Shown here: piece after piece, positions 23,461 through 36,710 of the stretch
Numbering within the stretch: the stretch's first letter is position 1
How the letters are laid out: each line of letters starts with the position of its first letter
Origin: Camelus ferus
Lineage: Eukaryota
Assembly (NCBI RefSeq): GCF_009834535.1
Contig: NC_045696.1
Location: 1,924,001-1,988,000 of the forward strand
Reading direction: 5' to 3'
DNA: 64,000 nucleotides
Translations under genes and position numbers: made by a program
The notes under the pieces: generated by a model
What the model saw: only the letters and a program-made list of their open reading frames with translations
Databases searched by the model: none
What the model was told of the DNA's origin: nothing

Positions 23461-24719
23461 GGGACCTGATGGAGTCTGCAGAGCTTCCAGTTACCTGGGA
23501 AAGGGTTTGAAGACCGACACGGACAAAGGCTACCAGAGACGACCCTCGGATGAGAGCTCTCGGTGGTCACCTCGGCGGGCCAGCCTGAGGCGGGAGGAGA
23601 AGGTACACAAAGTGTCTTTTACATTCTTCGGATTTGTTTGTTTTATTAAGTGCAGTTATTATAAAATAATATTTCTTCAATTACAAAAAGAAAGAATGCT
23701 ATGTTCCCATTCCCAGGATGCTGGTCATCGGAGGAGGTGCACCTGTGTATAAGGTGCTGCCAGCCGGTGCTCGTGCAGTGGAGAAGTTTGTACCAAGGGC
23801 CAGGTGAGCCCGGGGGGCCGGGGGGCCAGAAAAGAGGGGCCTCTCTAGGCCAGTGGCCTTCAAACTGGGGACGCAGCAATGCCTAGCACTTCCTGAGGGC
23901 ACAGGGAGGGGCCCCTATGTTCTCTTCCAGTGTCCCTGGTGGCCTGCAAGTGTCCCCAGGACTCTGGGGCTTCCGGGTGCTTTGAGTCTCCCAAGGCACA
24001 GTGTGGGGGGCCAGGAGGGGAGGTGATGCTCTGCGGTCAGGGAGCCAGACCCTAGGGAGACCCCAACCCTAACTTCCCACCTTCTCAGCTGCTGCCAGTG
24101 CCCCTCCCGGGGGTGTGACACCACGGGAGGAAAAGCGCCCGGTCAGCCAACGGTCCAGGCTGAGGCTCTGACCCCGCAAGTGGGTGGGACAACGTCCTGC
24201 AGGCCACGTGGGCAAGCCGCCCTGGACAGAAGTCACATCCACTCGTGCTGCCGACAGAAACAAGCTGCCCTCCACCCGGGGTCCCAACCGGCCGTCGTGA
24301 CACTCAGATCCCCTCGTCCCCTGACCGCACGGGAAGCCGGGCCTCTGAGCTGATGGCAGCAGCGGTGTTAACTGCTTCCTGCTGGACTCGTATTTATCAC
24401 TGGTGAGCACGGAGCCTCACCCACGGCGCACACACGCGCACGCACTTGCACGCTCACTCCTGGGCTCACACACCTGAACCCAACACTGCCTCACACACAC
24501 TCACCAGGGACACCAGCCTGGGCGGCCCCCCTTAGCCAACAGCGTCCCCTTCAGCCGCGCGGACTTCACGTTGCTGAAACACGGGGACAAGACGAAGAGC
24601 GATGACTTTCTGTGTTCACGGTGTAGTGAGCGGGCAGGTTGCCTCCACACGACTCCGCCTCCCTCCCGGCGCTCGCAGCACACGCGGCAGTACGCTGAAA
24701 AGAGTGACTTCACGGTCGC

Positions 24720-24847
24720 TTTTTTTTATTTTTAAATTTCTATTATTTTTCGGGGGGGGAGCTAAGTTTATTTTTAATGGAGGCACTGGGGAATGAACCC
24801 CTCCTGCGTGCTGACTACGCATGCGCTCTACCGCTGAGCCGGCCCCC
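24720..24847 (-). mobile_element. tRNA-derived SINE (Vic-1-like), reverse orientation
   Basis: T-rich tail, then ggaggcactggggaatgaacccc...gcatgcgctctaccgctgagc; reverse complement of the family at 19902. Confidence 0.85.
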
Positions 24848-27489
24848 AACCACCAGTTACCTCTTACATCTTGACGTGACTGCTTAAACTTAGGATGAGA
24901 AATTTTGGCCGTGGGAGACTGCATGTACACACGGGAGTGGCCAGATCACGTGAAAATGAGACTCTGACTCAGCCTTCAGCAACCTGCCCAGGTGGCCGAC
25001 CCGCCGCCTCCAGGACCAGCCGGGGTGGCCGTGTGAGTCACCCTGGCTCCAGGCCAGACCGCTGCCTCCTGAGACCATCCCGGAAGCAAAAACAGTCGGC
25101 CCAGAACCGACAGAGCTTGGCCCGTGACCGCCCGCCGGCCTCCCTAAGTTTGTCGCCGATTCCAGCTCAGGACCTACAGGAGGGAGCCAGGTGTACACCC
25201 TGAACAGTCACAGGGGACGCGCTTCTGGTCCACCCCCACCTCCCCGCTGCCCCACGCAGCTCTTCCCGCCTCCAGGCTGCCCGGAACACTGAATAAAGAG
25301 CCTTTGACTTGGGTGGTCTTTGTTACCTCCGCTGTTGTTAGGCTGGGCAGGGGCCCGGCAGATGGGAGGGGGCACTGGAGACTGGGGGCTGGTGAGCGGC
25401 AGCCTCAACACCCAAATGTCATCCCATGGGCCACTGGGGACCGCCAAGGAGCTCGCTGAGGGAGGTGGCACCATCCATCAGTGTGGGCAGGGGAGCACAC
25501 TGGCAGCGGGGGCTGTGGGTGCTGAACGGACCTGGAGACACGGGAGGTGGGGGGAGGTGCGCACCTCAGTCTTCCCCGACCCCCCCGGCTCATCCGACGG
25601 GGCAGAGGCTCGTCCCTGTCCCCGGGGGAACTGGAGAAGGCGCCTGTGCTTTAACCCCAGACAAGTCTGCACCCTACCTGGTCAGAGTCCATTCCAGGAC
25701 GCCTCCCCCGTGCGGCCCCTCAGGGACCAGGCGCCTTCCCTCTGTGGCTCTGCCCTGCTCTCACCTAGGTGGGGACCAGGAGGAGTTTGGAGGCCCAGGT
25801 GTGGGAGGGCGGCAGGAGGGGCTCCTGGCCACGGGGCTGGCGTGAAATGCAGCCTGGGCTCCTGGGCTGAGGGGCAGGTGAGGATGAGGACGCAGTGACC
25901 CCACCACTCCCTCCCTGCTCCTACTTTCTTCCTTTGAAAAATGAGCAGAGATGGCTGAGAGGGTCAGTGCGGTGTTGCCATGGTGTCACACACACAGGGT
26001 CAGAGCACAGCCAGCCGGCTTGGTGCTCCCGGGTGTCAGCGAGTGTCCCCACTCTAACCACACCCAGACGACTGGGGTCCCCTGCCCAGGCCCCTCACAT
26101 AGCCACCTGGGACCCAGGGTCCGGGCTCTTCATCCACTCATGTGACATCACTGACTGGGAAGCCATCACACCGAAGTGTCACAGACATGCTTAGGGAGGT
26201 GTCTTTCAGCCCTGGGTCCAGGAAGGGAGGAGGTCCTCCCATCACAGAGGCCTAAGGCCCTCTCCCCAGCCCCCAGGCCGCAGAAGGGCCCAGCTTCCCA
26301 GACAGAGCTCGAGCCCAGAGCACACAGACCAGAGACGCCAGCTGTGCGTTGTGCAGGTGTCCCGGGTAACAAACGAGACCAATGGCGACCTGCCATCAAG
26401 AGTGAGCTTGGTCAGCAGACCAGGCAGCCCAGCAGGAACCCAGCCTAGCTGTGTGGAGGAGGGAGACGGGTCAGCAGGTCCAGGGGCCTGGCTGGTGTGT
26501 TTGGTGGTGAGGGGGCAATCCAAGTCCTTGAGAGGAAGAGGAACCAGAAGCATCGTTCAGAAGCCACCACTGGCCTTTCTGGATCCTCACACCTCGGCCA
26601 TACCTGGACTGTGAGCTGCACGGGGCTCCCAGCTTTTAAAACAATGCCAGTTCCCACACCTGTCATCCTCCTGAAGCCCTGAAGCCCACCTTTCTTTGCA
26701 TGGGGACTGCAGGCGTCCAGGCGGGCAGTCAGCATGCAGGCGCCCAGTGTGGGCAGGGCTCGCCTCGCCCTGGGCGTGCATGGTCTACACCAGCCCCACC
26801 CGGACACAGCCGAGGAGCCGCCTGGCCAGCAGGGCGAAGGGGAGGGAGCACAACTGGGAGTGGCCGCGCATCACAACCACACACGGGGCACAGACGCCCC
26901 GCACGTGTGACGAGCAGACTGAGCAGGACCGGGTCAGTGAACAGACAGAGGTTCCCAAGGCCACCTGGAGGGGCGGAGGGCGGCCACGGTGGGAGGCTGG
27001 GGTGGGCAGCGCTGCTGGCTCCAAGGAAAGACGGGGTGGGGGAGGCGGGGGCTGGGCCGGAGGCGAAGCCTCTGGACAGCAGGGACGGGGTGCAGCCCGC
27101 CCGAGCACCTGCTAGAACCCTCGCACTCACCCCGCCTCCCACGGCCCGGCCCAGAGCACGCTGGGCCCTGGGACAGCGGCAGCCAGTGAGACCGCTTACG
27201 TTGTCTGACTTCCATCTGTATGTGCGTGTTTACTGTTTTTAGCTGAGTGTTCTGGGATGTCTGGGTCCGTCTCTGTGTTTACTCACAAATCCAAGCCAAG
27301 GTTAAGTAACTGGTCTTCATCAAACATTCACTCTATCCCAGAGCCAGAACCGGCCAGAAGAAGGACTAGAACAGAGGGAAATGTCCAGGGGAAAGCATGG
27401 GGAATGAGGCGGGAAGCCCCATAAAAAGACTAGCAGGACCCGCAGGCACGGCCACTACTCTCCTGCCAGCACCATCCCGTTCCCTGGCC

Positions 27490-27875
27490 CAGAGGCTCTA
27501 TCTCACTTTTTGCTTCTGAAACGGCTTACTTACCCCTAAAATTCTATTGGTTCCCTGAGCTCACTTCTGATTGGTTATTTCCTTCACTCCTGATTGGTTA
27601 TTTCTCTCACTCTTGATTGGTCCATTTCTACAAAGCTTGTTCCTAATTAGTCAACTTTTGTTATACCTTATTTGCATATGATGTTACAAAGTGTAAACTG
27701 GCAGCCTGTAAAAGCCGGTGTAAACCGACAGACGGGTCCTGAGCTTGGAGTGTTATCTCCTCTGGGCCCACTGGTGTAATAAACCTGAGTTTTCTCCAAC
27801 TCTCCGAGTGCTGCTTGGTCTCTTGCCCGGATCCAGGCTGCTGTCACAACTGAGCTGGAACACTGAGCTGTAACA
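27490..27875 (+). mobile_element. Endogenous retrovirus LTR (5' boundary uncertain)
   Basis: Repeated ATTGG boxes, TATA-like tgtaaaa at ~27705, AATAAA at 27778, terminal TGTAACA. Confidence 0.8.
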
Positions 27876-27919
27876 CATTTTTTTCTACAACGTTTCCACA
27901 TCTTCTTAAAGACACCCAC

Positions 27920-29343
27920 CCACATGTCCACGTGCTGAAGAATGAAGTAGGACCCTCACCTCACACCTCACACAAAAATGAACTCAAACTGGACCGGAGG
28001 CAAAACTGCAGGAGCTACAACAGTAAAACTCTCACATGAAAACAGAGGACAAGCTTCACGACGTTGGGTTGGGCAGCGGTTTCTTGGATCTGACACCAGG
28101 AGCACAAGCAACAAAAGAAAAACTAGATAAATTTGATTTACATCAAAATTAAAACTCTTGTGCATCAAAGTATACTATCAACAGAGTGAAAAGACAAACC
28201 ACAGAATGAGGGGAAATATTTGCGTGTCATCTAAGGGGCTAGTGCCCAGAATATACAAGGAACTCCTAGAACTCAACAGCAGAAAACAAATGGCCCTGAT
28301 TTTTAAAATGGGTAAAGGACTTGAATAGACATCTTTCCAAAGGAGATAAAAAGAATTGGAAATAAGCACCTGGGAAGATGCTCAATATGGCTGATCAGGA
28401 GCAAATGCAAATCAAAACCACACAAGGAGGGAGGGTACAGCGAGCTCAGGGGTAGAGTGTGCACTTCACATGTACCAGGGCCTGGGTTCAATCCCCAGTA
28501 CCTCCATTTTTAAAAAATTAAGTAAATAAACCCAATTACCCTCTCCCCCCAAAAAAAGAGTTTTGAAAAAATGCAGTGAACATTAAAAAAAGCAAACACA
28601 AAAGAGGTGTCACTTCACCCCCATTAGGCCGGCTATTATTAAAACAACAATACCATCAAACGGTAGAAAACAAAACCAAAGTGCAGGCGAGGATGTGGAG
28701 AAATCGGAAACTTTGCGCACTACTGGTGAGGATGTAAAATGGTGCAGCTGCAGCGGAAAACAGGATGGTGCTTCCTCAAAAGAATTAAACATACAGTCAC
28801 CATACCCTCCATCTGGGTCTATACCCAAGGGAAGTGAGAGCAGGGACTTCAGCAGATAATTGCACACCCATGTTCACAGCACATTCACAGCAGCCAAAAG
28901 GTGGAAGGAAAAGAACTCGCACATCGTCCATCAGCAGACGGTGGATAAACAAAGTGTGGTCCATCCACACCACGAACAGCATTCAGCCTTAAAGAGGAAG
29001 CAAATTCTGGCACCTGCTACCAGGTGGATGAACCCGGAGGACGTTATGCTGAGTGAAATGAACCAGACGCCAAGGGGACAAATACTGTGTGACTCCACTT
29101 ACTTGAGTTCCCTAGAGCAGTGGAATCCCAGCAGAGAGCCGGCGGCTGCCAGGGCCAGGGCGCCTGTCTAACGGGCGTGGTGTGTCAGTTCTGCGACGTG
29201 AGGCAGTCCTGGAGGTAGACGGTGGGGGCGGTTCCACAGTGGTGTGGGTGTACGCGATGCGGTGAAGTGTGCGCTTAAAAATGGTTAAAATGGTAAATGT
29301 CATGGTGTATATATATATATATATACACTATAATTTTAAAAAA
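27920..29343 (+). mobile_element. LINE-1 (L1MA/MB-like) ORF2 3' end and 3' UTR, decayed
   Basis: cacaaaaatgaactcaaactgga, catcaaaattaaaactcttgtgcatcaaa, aaatgcaaatcaaaaccac, aaaaatggttaaaatggtaaat. Short (TA)n at ~29308-29325. Confidence 0.92.
28429..28593 (+). mobile_element. tRNA-derived SINE (Vic-1-like) nested in L1
   Basis: gagggtacagcgagctcaggggtagag...cctgggttcaatccccagtacctcc and an A-rich tail. The L1 resumes after a degenerate TSD. Confidence 0.85.
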
Positions 29344-31499
29344 CGGGCTACACATAAAAACATAACTATTTTTATCATAAAAAGTTAAGCTTTATAGATC
29401 ATTAACTTCTTTATAGACACAGCAGAGTTAGCATTAAGCTATAATTTAGCCAAACAACAACAAATTTTAGTAGAAAGAATGCACCATTTCAACCTTTTTG
29501 TAGTAGTTATCTTCAAAGGTAAGTTTAGGAATAACGTATGATTTCCATTAGAGTTGCGATTTTACGCTGAGAGTTGTTCAACTATTTAAGCTTGTAAGAC
29601 AGTATCAGAACGGGTGTGTGAACGTGATCTGTTATAAGCTTAATTCATTAGATAAAGAGTAATTGAAGTGTTGAAGAGGATTGGTGTGTTTGTGGTGTAA
29701 ATGTTTCTTGTCAGGTATTTGAAATGCTTAAAAAGAAAAATGGCACATTAAATTATAATAGAACTTAAAGGGAATTTAAACTTAATAAAAAGCTAAAAAG
29801 GCATGAAGCCAGCATTAGGAAGGCCAGGCTTGCTGGGCCCTGAGCTGGATCAACCAGGTGAACTCGTTTTCAAACAAGATAATGTCTGGTGAAGAATACC
29901 CCACAGCGGTGAGGCGGGAGTGGCATCTGCTGATTAAGGCAGCACCCGGGGGACAATGCCCTGTCACCTCTCCCCCCAAAGTATCTGTTGTCACCACTGC
30001 CCTGCAAACCCAACCCACTGTTTGCTTCCCAAGTGAGAACGTCCCCCGTGTAAGCACAGCCACGTGGTACTGAGGCGTAATCCGAAGGGAGGCCTTGGTT
30101 CCAAGCTGGACCCACGGTCCCTGCCCGGCCCCTGCCCAGAGGCACGGCAGGAGGGTGGGCAGGACCCCGGGCTGGGCAGCACATCCTGCCCCAGGACTGT
30201 GGGGGCTGTAACCGAGGGAGTCAGACCCATCCCCAAGGAACACGGAGGGAACGGTTGCTTCTCTAGCAAAACAGACCAAAAAATGACTAAAATGACCAAA
30301 ATCAGTCCTAGAACTGGAACATTTCAAGTCCAGCTTCCAGAGAAGAAATTAGAAAGGTGGCTAAAGCTCTCTCTTTGGCAAAATTCAGCTTTGAAGTTCA
30401 AATTCGGCTAAATTTTATTTACTTTTTAAGTCGATATTTCCATCTTGTGTAAACTTTTCTAGACACAGGAAAAAGATGGAAAGCCTCCTCTAATGTATGA
30501 AAACACAGCTTTCATAACGGTAGCGTGTGAAAATGATGCCATTTCACTTGAGTCCAGAGATGCAAACATTCTGGATAAAACAGTTGCCAAAATGTTCTGC
30601 AGAACTATCAGCCACGGTGCCAAGGTATCCAGTCATCGTGCTCGGCCACCCAGTGGGTTTACGTTAGCAGTGCAAGGACAGTTCAAGGGCAGGACGTCTG
30701 TCAGTATGAAGAAGAAAACTGAGTGAAGAAAGAAGAGGCAGAGAACCCAGGCTAAGCACTCAGAGAACAGAAGCTCCTTGATCGGTCTGCCCCCGGGCGG
30801 CCTGAGGGCGGGCCTCACTGGGGGGCTCATGAAGGCACGGAGAGGTGAAAAATCGGTCCTGCGTCCAGATGGACCGGGAAACCTCTGTGCGACAGAGAAC
30901 TTGAGTGGGGAAAGGGCCTCCTCTTGGTTATGCTTGACCGCACCTCCCAGAACCCAGCTCAGACTGGCAGGTGCAGACGGGAGCGTAGGAGGAGGGGTGG
31001 GAGTCCCAGCCAAGGTCAGGAGCAGTGGGTGGCAGGGATGCCCGCTGCCCGGGCTCTGGTCTCAGCCCTCGTCTCTGCTCCTCGCTGGCGCTGGATGCCG
31101 CCCTCCCTCCCCTCCCCCGGCCACGCGCGAGTCCGCCTGGCGGGGACCTGGACCACTCGCGGTCTGAGAACATTCCGCCCTCAGTCCTGGCGTGCTGGGC
31201 AGGTTGCCGCAGCTCCACACTCCTGAGGAAGGGGTCTGACGGGCCTGCTGGGCCCGGCGCCCACCCGGCTCAGAGGTCAGGGCCAGGCAGGGCAGGGCCT
31301 TGGGCAGGGGACGGGCAGTTCAGAGAGTAGCCCTCTCCTCAACCCCCGAGGAGGCCGCAGACTGCAGGCCAGGGAAGCTGGGCCAAGCACGTCAGCCAAG
31401 GGTACGCGGGGGCCTCCAAGGAGACAGAGTGTTCTGCGTCTGTTTGGTGGTCACAATAACAGCAAAAATGAGCAAACCAGCTCTGAGGCCGCGTGTGCA

Positions 31500-31655
31500 C
31501 AGCACCCTGAGCCCTCCCGCTCAGCTGACGGAGGGCTCCCGTGACCGCCTCTGCTACAGGTGGGGAAACTGAGGCTGGGAACGGCTAGATAGCTTGCCCA
31601 CAGCCAGACAGCTGGTCATCCCGGTGGCCAGGCTCTGGTCTGGGCTCCTGAACCC
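31500..31655 (-). mobile_element. MIR fragment
   Basis: acaggtggggaaactgaggc...cttgcccacagccagacagctgg core. Confidence 0.65.
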
Positions 31656-32564
31656 TCACCTGCCTGCTTACCTGTGACAAGTAAGGACCGTGGAGTGCAT
31701 CTGGGAGAAGCAGCCCTGCCCCCCGGCCCAGGCTCACCGACACACATCCTCAGCAGGTGCAGACTTGCTTTTTCAGAGGAAGAAACATGAACAAACTGAA
31801 CAGAGACAGTAATCAAAGACACAGTAGAAGAAAGTTTCTTGAACTGAAGACCAATCTCAATCTATTTAACAAAAAGTCTTGTTGGTACCAAACAAAATTA
31901 ATGACAATCTGGTGAGAATCTTCAAGTAGAAAACATGAAAGGAAGACACTCAGAGTGGGGCAAAAGAGTTCTGTGCAAACACCAGGAGACTACAGAGGGC
32001 GGCCACAGCGCCACAGCTCCAGACCACGACGTCTGTACCCAGCCAGGTCATTCTGCACATGTACAGGCAGCAGGAAAAAAATTCTCAGATACAGGGGGTT
32101 CAGAAATTGTACTGAGAACATATCCTACCCGAAAAACCAACTCAAATAATTATCTGGGCAAATGAGCAGTGAGTCAAAATGAAGACCCACAAACAGTGAT
32201 GGGCAGACAGGGGAATCAAGGTGATTGACACTAGAATTAAGTTCAAGTAGGTTATGTGAATAAAACATGAATGTTACAAAAGACCTACTGCTAAAGTTAA
32301 ACCTCTTCCACCTTATCAGGAACAATGGCCCTTCAGGGGTCACACTTCATAGCAGACAGGGGTGACATGGCAGGTAAGGCCTGGAAGAGGTGTGGAGGCC
32401 ATCACATCCAGAGCCAGTACCAGACTCTCAGGGTCCCCTGCCCACCCCAGAGCCCTTTGGTGTAGCTTACCTAAGAAAGAGCACTGGTCCCCATCCCACC
32501 CCCATGACCTACCACATCCCTCCACACCTTCCTGTGGATTTGCAGCTTCTTATAACATTCCCTG

Positions 32565-33180
32565 TGTATGAATCAGGGTTCTCCAGGACAAACAGAACCA
32601 ATAAGGGATATATCTCTAGCTATATTGGTATATAGATCTAAGTGGGGGAGGAGATTTATTTTAAGAATCAGCTTGGGCACTTGTGGAGGCTGGCAAGTAC
32701 GAAGTCTGCAGGGCAGGCTGGAGGCCCAGGAAGAGCTGATATTGCAGCTCAAGTCTGAAGGCCGTCTGGAGGCAGAATTCCTTCCTCCTCAAGGGACCTC
32801 AATCTGTTTTCTCTTATGGCCTTCAACTGATTAGACGAGGCCCACCCACCTTTTGGAAGGCAATCTGCTTTACTTGGAGTCCATTGATTTAATTTTTTTT
32901 AACTTGGGGATATCTCATTTTTTTTAATTGAAGTATAGTCAGTTACAGTGTGTCAATTTCTGGTGTACAGCACAATGTCCCAGTCATGCAGATACATGTA
33001 TATATTTGTTCTCATTTGTTTTCATTAAAGGTTATTACAAGATATTGAACATAGTTCCCTGTGTGATTTAATGTTAATCTCATCTTTAAAAAATTTTTAA
33101 TGCAACATCCAAATGTGTTTGACCAAATGTCTGAGTACCGACCATGGCCCAGCCAAGCCAACACATAAAATTAACCATCA
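32565..33180 (-). mobile_element. ERVL LTR (MLT2B-like), interrupted by an L1 fragment
   Basis: tcagggttctccaggacaaacagaaccaata...ggccttcaactgattagacgaggcccaccc...acacataaaattaaccatca. Confidence 0.88.
32894..33063 (-). mobile_element. 5'-truncated lineage-specific L1 3' end with 9-bp TSD
   Basis: aattgaagtatagtcagttac...gttattacaagatattgaacatagttccctgtg, flanked by tgatttaat at 32885-32893 and 33064-33072. Confidence 0.85.
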
Positions 33181-34559
33181 TGCCTTATCAATCTTTTAAA
33201 AATTATATTTTCCAGAAATTGTAAGGAGAGGCAAATATCCTCCTTTCTAAAGAGTGGACCACCTAATCTTACCTCACACACCATGGGTTATTTCTACCAC
33301 TTGAGTCTATACTTGTTATTACATTTCAAAACCATGAAGTTTCATTCTGAATTACACAGTTGGGGCAGGGGAGTGGGACCGCTAACGGCATTAATCTCAC
33401 CCTTACTATTGGCATGTTTTCTTGCTACTTTATTCATGCTGAATAATCGGACGGCAAACCACAGCCCTCATGCCAATCCTCCCTGAAATATTTCTGTTTG
33501 CGTCTCTTAAAAAATACACATATTTTTCCCATAAACAACTTCATAAGCTTAACAAAATCAGGGCAAATTCTTTTGTAATGTCTAATCCTCAGTTCATGTT
33601 CCAATCTCCCAAATGGCCCAAGAACATCTTCTACAGCTGGTCTCTCCTGGAGAGGACTCAACCCAGGCTGCACGTGATCTGTCACAGCCCCGGGTGTGGG
33701 GTCCCTGGAGCACAGGCCGCCCCAGCGGCGCTGACAGGGAGCCAGGCCGGCGTCATGTGGAACGCCCACAGCCAGCGTTGGCCTGGCAGCTGGTTTTCCC
33801 ATCCCTTGTCATCCCTGCGGCTGCAAGTTCACTCTGAAGGCTTCTGGACTCCAGTTTAACTCTGTTTGGCAAGAGTACCCTGTGGCAGACGTTTGCGGAG
33901 TTGAACCATAGCACGAGACACGAAATTCTACTGTCACCCTGTGGTGGGGCCAGCGCAACCTCGGGATTAGCTCCAGGAAACGCCGCCGGCCCACTGAGCG
34001 GGGCAGCGACAGCCCCCGGCTGGCCGCCCTGGTGCCGCAAAGGCAGCTCGCAGCCACTGGCAAGGAATCCAGGGTCAGCCCTGAAACGCGGGGCAGGGTG
34101 CTCAGAAGCGCTGGGCCTGCTCCTGCCCCTCGGCGTCGCGGCCTCCCCGTCTGGGGCGGAGGCCTGTCTCCCGCGGGGGCGCCGCTGCTGGCTGGGCCTC
34201 GGTCCTCAGGCAGGTGAGCAGGTTGATGACTGGATGAGGTGGGGCCCTCGGGGGGGTTGGAGAGCGCCCGTCAGGAGGGGTGACCTCTAGACACACTGCT
34301 CACAGTGGATAGCAGCCTGGGCACCACGGGAGCGTGACCCCAGACCTCCAAGTGGCACCTGCGTTTCGCGGGCCCCTCGTGACTGAAAAGCCCTGGCGTG
34401 GATGGGACTCTGGTGGAAGGGACAGCAGGCCAACCCCAGCACTAGGTCAGCAGGGGACTGGGGGGGTCTCAGCCCGAGGCTGCTCCCGTGATCGCAGGAC
34501 ACTCTGCCAAGGGATCTGAGCACGTGATTCCGCAACTAACCCGCTGACCTGCCGTCGGG

Positions 34560-34935
34560 GAGAGGATCTGGCCGCGGCCTCAGGACACAAGCCCTCTGGG
34601 AGCCTGGAGTCTTCCGTTGCTGGTGCTGGCTGAGGGACAGCGGGACACCAGGGAAGGACTGGGACGCCCTCCAGCCCAGAGAGCAGCCCCTGACTGACAG
34701 CCAACCGGAAAACAGGGCTCTCGGGCCAGTACCTGCAAGGAACTGGGTTCTGCCGACAGCTGCTGTGAGCGTGGAAGGGCCTGTGCTGCACTGAAGCCGT
34801 GGCCTGGCCAGCACGGGTGTCGGCCCCGAGGCCCGGACCAGGCCCAGCCACGTGGGGCCAGGCCTCCCACCTGCAGGCCGAGCTGCCAGTGCCGTGGTTC
34901 TTCCGCGGACTGACTGACTTGTTTCTGTGGCGAAG
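34560..34935 (+). mobile_element. MaLR LTR fragment (MLT1D/E/F-like), GC-shifted
   Basis: cagccaaccggaaaacagggctctcgggccagtacctgcaaggaactgggttctgccgacagc resembles the MLT1 consensus. Confidence 0.6.
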
Positions 34936-36244
34936 TACACGCCACGTGAAATTCGCCGCGTTCCCTGTTTTACTCAGTGGCACTAAGCAATTCGCTGGTT
35001 TGTTCTGGAACCTGCCGTCTACCCAAACACGCTGGCTGGACAGGCCCCGAGTCCAGGTCTTGAGGGCGCACTTGGAGAAAGTGTGGGTCCTGGCCAGAGG
35101 CCACAGGGAAGCCCCAACTGGCTGCTGGGGTGATTTGCTTCCTCCAGGCAAGTCCCGGCTGTGTTTACTTTCTCCGAGCCACCTGCCAGGGAAACTCCAC
35201 ACCCAGAACGTGGAGATTAGCTTCCAGGAGAACATTCCACCAGCGCAAGCCGCGGGCACAGGGAGGAAGTGAGTGGGCCCCCTCCAGGCCCGAAGGCCCC
35301 GAGCCAGGGCTACCTGGCGAGAAGAGCAGGACATCTGGCCGCCCTTGACCTGGGGCACCTAGGCGAGCAGGCCGCCTTCCCTGGGCATTCGAGCACCCGG
35401 GCTGCGGGTTCGTCCAGGGGAGGGGCAGGAGGGGCCGGTTAGCACTTGGCGTGTCTCGGGGGGCTGCTGACAGGGCCCCCAGGCACTGCCTCTGGGCCAA
35501 ACCTGCTGGTTCATGACAAGAAACCTGTAGGAAGGCTGCTGTCCAGAACTCCCCCAGCCCCGGTCACCTAGGTCACCTCTGGTCAGCTGGGCCGCATGAC
35601 AGGGCGCCTCCCTCCCGGAGAAGGGTTTCTGCAGAAAGCAGGGTCTCTCTGAGGAGACATGAGTCCGCACACATGAACACAAGTGCAATGCACCCACACG
35701 TAGAGGTGCAGGGGCTCAGAAGTCCGCCCCACACCGTGCCGCCACCGCCATCCCCTCCTGGGACCAGACGGGCGTGGGCATGGGGGGGGGGTGCGTCTTG
35801 GTTCCTCTTTTGGCCACACCAAGACTCTCGTCCTAGAATCTTCTTTCTGCCCATCAAATTGGAATGTGAGTAACTCCCTTTCGAGTCCCCCAGCCTCAGG
35901 TTTCTTATTTAAGTTTTCCCTGTCGCAGGAAGCCCAAGTGAAGGTGGGGCCAGGCCTGCGGGCCTTGCGAGCCTGCCCAGCGCAGGGCCCTGTGTCTGCG
36001 TGTGGCGCAGTGCGGCCTCTCTGTAAGGTTCTAGAGAGGGTCCTGCGAGCCGACAGATGCTGGGCCACTCCGTCAGGGCGCAGGGAACGGCGGCTGCCAG
36101 CCACACGGCCGCAGAAGGGCCCGCGCCCCTGGCGTGGAGTCACGACGGGGGGTGGGGGGAGAGAGCAACACAGCAGAAGCCGGTCCGTGCTCAGGGCACG
36201 TCTTCCTCCCGTGAGACTTGACACACGTTCACATCCTGAGACGT

Positions 36245-36710
36245 AAGGGGGCCCTCTGGCTTGTGCGTGGGCGCCCTTGAACCTGATGCTGACCGAAACA
36301 GCACCTGCGGCCCGTCAAACACGCACCGTCCATCGGCTTCAGTTATCACAGAAAAGGGCACGCTGACCAGAAGGAAAGAAGGTCCGTGTTGAAAACACAG
36401 ATGAAGCGCCCTCCCCGGGCGCCAGTGCCGGGCCTCCTTCGGTGATGAGACCCCACCGGGTGCCGAGGCCGCGCTGACTCGCTGCGTCTGCCTGGCTGCT
36501 CCTTTTTTTGAAACCTTGAAGGGACACATCCCTGACTTGCCGAATGCTCTTTGTTCTGACAAGACGCAAAGCTGTGCTGGGAGCCCTGCTTCTCCGGAGC
36601 GGTTTCTCGGAGGAGGCTGGGAAGCGGGCTTCCGGGCTCGTCCTCAGTTTGGCTCAGATAAAACTCTTCTATTCTAATCATTGCTTGTTTGCTGGTTATT
36701 TTTGTTGACA
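36245..36710 (+). mobile_element. Probable ERV1-class solo LTR
   Basis: U5-like end gtcctcagtttggctcagataaaactcttc...ttatttttgttgaca. 5' boundary approximate. Confidence 0.55.

Noticed and set aside
27920..28420. L1 ORF2 as an active coding sequence
   Set aside because: 5'-truncated, decayed and interrupted by a SINE.
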